A stretch of 64,000 nucleotides of DNA from NCBI GenBank assembly GCA_043228905.1, contig JBHGNT010000022.1, positions 6,882,001 to 6,946,000 on the forward strand, read 5' to 3'. The translations under genes were made by a program, and so were the position numbers. This DNA comes from Azolla caroliniana (Eukaryota > Plantae > Polypodiophyta). The notes beneath the pieces were generated by a model that made no database searches, was not told the DNA's origin, and was given only the letters and a program-made list of their open reading frames with translations. Positions 63,427-64,000 of the stretch are shown here, piece after piece; position 1 is the first letter of the stretch; each line of letters begins with the position of its first letter.

Positions 63427-64000
63427 TGTTGAAAGTTCAAGTTTCTGGAACTTGTTGAGGACTTGTGATTGAGTCAAGCAAGACAACAGAGATAACTAGA
63501 AAGAAGGAGGCTCATGTACTATTACAGAGGAGAACAAGATTCAAGAACAAGGGCAAGCTCAACCGGATTCGGATCGGCTGAATAAGCCAGAGCTGGATCA
63601 GTATCTGGAACGGAACCGGATTGTACTCCGGAATAGTGAGAATCGGTAGGCCGTTGGAACTTACGGTCCGAGCCTAGTACGAAGACATATTCCTTGGAGT
63701 TAGTGTCAGTCACTCGTATGAGCATTGAAGTACATGTCAGTACTTCTCTCAATCCTTTTAAGGACTTGTATAAAAAATGTTTTGTAGGACATCTTGTACA
63801 CATAGAGTGTTATTATTTTGAATTGAGTTTATGCTATTCTATTCTCTATGTCTCTCCCGTGTACCGTGTATCTTAAGTTTCTATTAAACCTTCATTTCTG
63901 TTTTACTGTTGTTATTCGGCTAAGCTGGTTTATCTAAGCTTTCGCATATTAACTTTTACATGGTATGAGAGCACGAGGGTTGAGAATCCTCTGACGCTGG
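63427..64000 (+). mobile_element. 5' LTR (63427-63960) and tRNA-iMet PBS (63961-63972) of a copia related to F; runs off the window
   Basis: TGTTGAAAG...TTTTACA, then TGGTATGAGAGC (one mismatch to TGGTATCAGAGC); shares GAGCATTGAAGTAC..AGGACTTGTATAAA with the F LTR. Confidence 0.85.

Overview
Land-plant genomic DNA (possibly a seed-free plant; inferred only from the TE complement). One intact 5-exon host gene, a NARROW LEAF 1-like trypsin-fold protease (CDS 29747-33304, about 613 aa), sits between two nests of degenerate LTR retrotransposons. Left nest: a Tork-like copia (A1) is inserted in a gypsy (G); a Bianca-type copia (6251-24807) contains a gypsy (B, 7802-17167) and a 5'-deleted copia (F). 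Right nest, five levels: protease relic > gypsy C (34964-63005; tRNA-Trp PBS, 4-bp TSD) > gypsy D (35751-56330) > gypsy E (37489-48246) > solo LTR (40009-40878). A copia-like solo LTR (58101-58843) lies in C, and another element starts at 63427. Main finding: the related gypsies B, D and E have no polypurine tract. Instead, exactly 2 nt before the 3' LTR each carries a conserved 40-nt copy of a tRNA 3' half ending in CCA (T-stem, TYCGA loop, an inserted 13-nt hairpin with a compensatory base pair). This suggests tRNA- or tRNA-mimic-primed plus-strand synthesis. The same lineage has a three-knuckle Gag and a conserved ~900-codon extra ORF. A separate solo LTR carries three tRNA-like Pol III modules. 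All alignments were made by eye; no searches were run.
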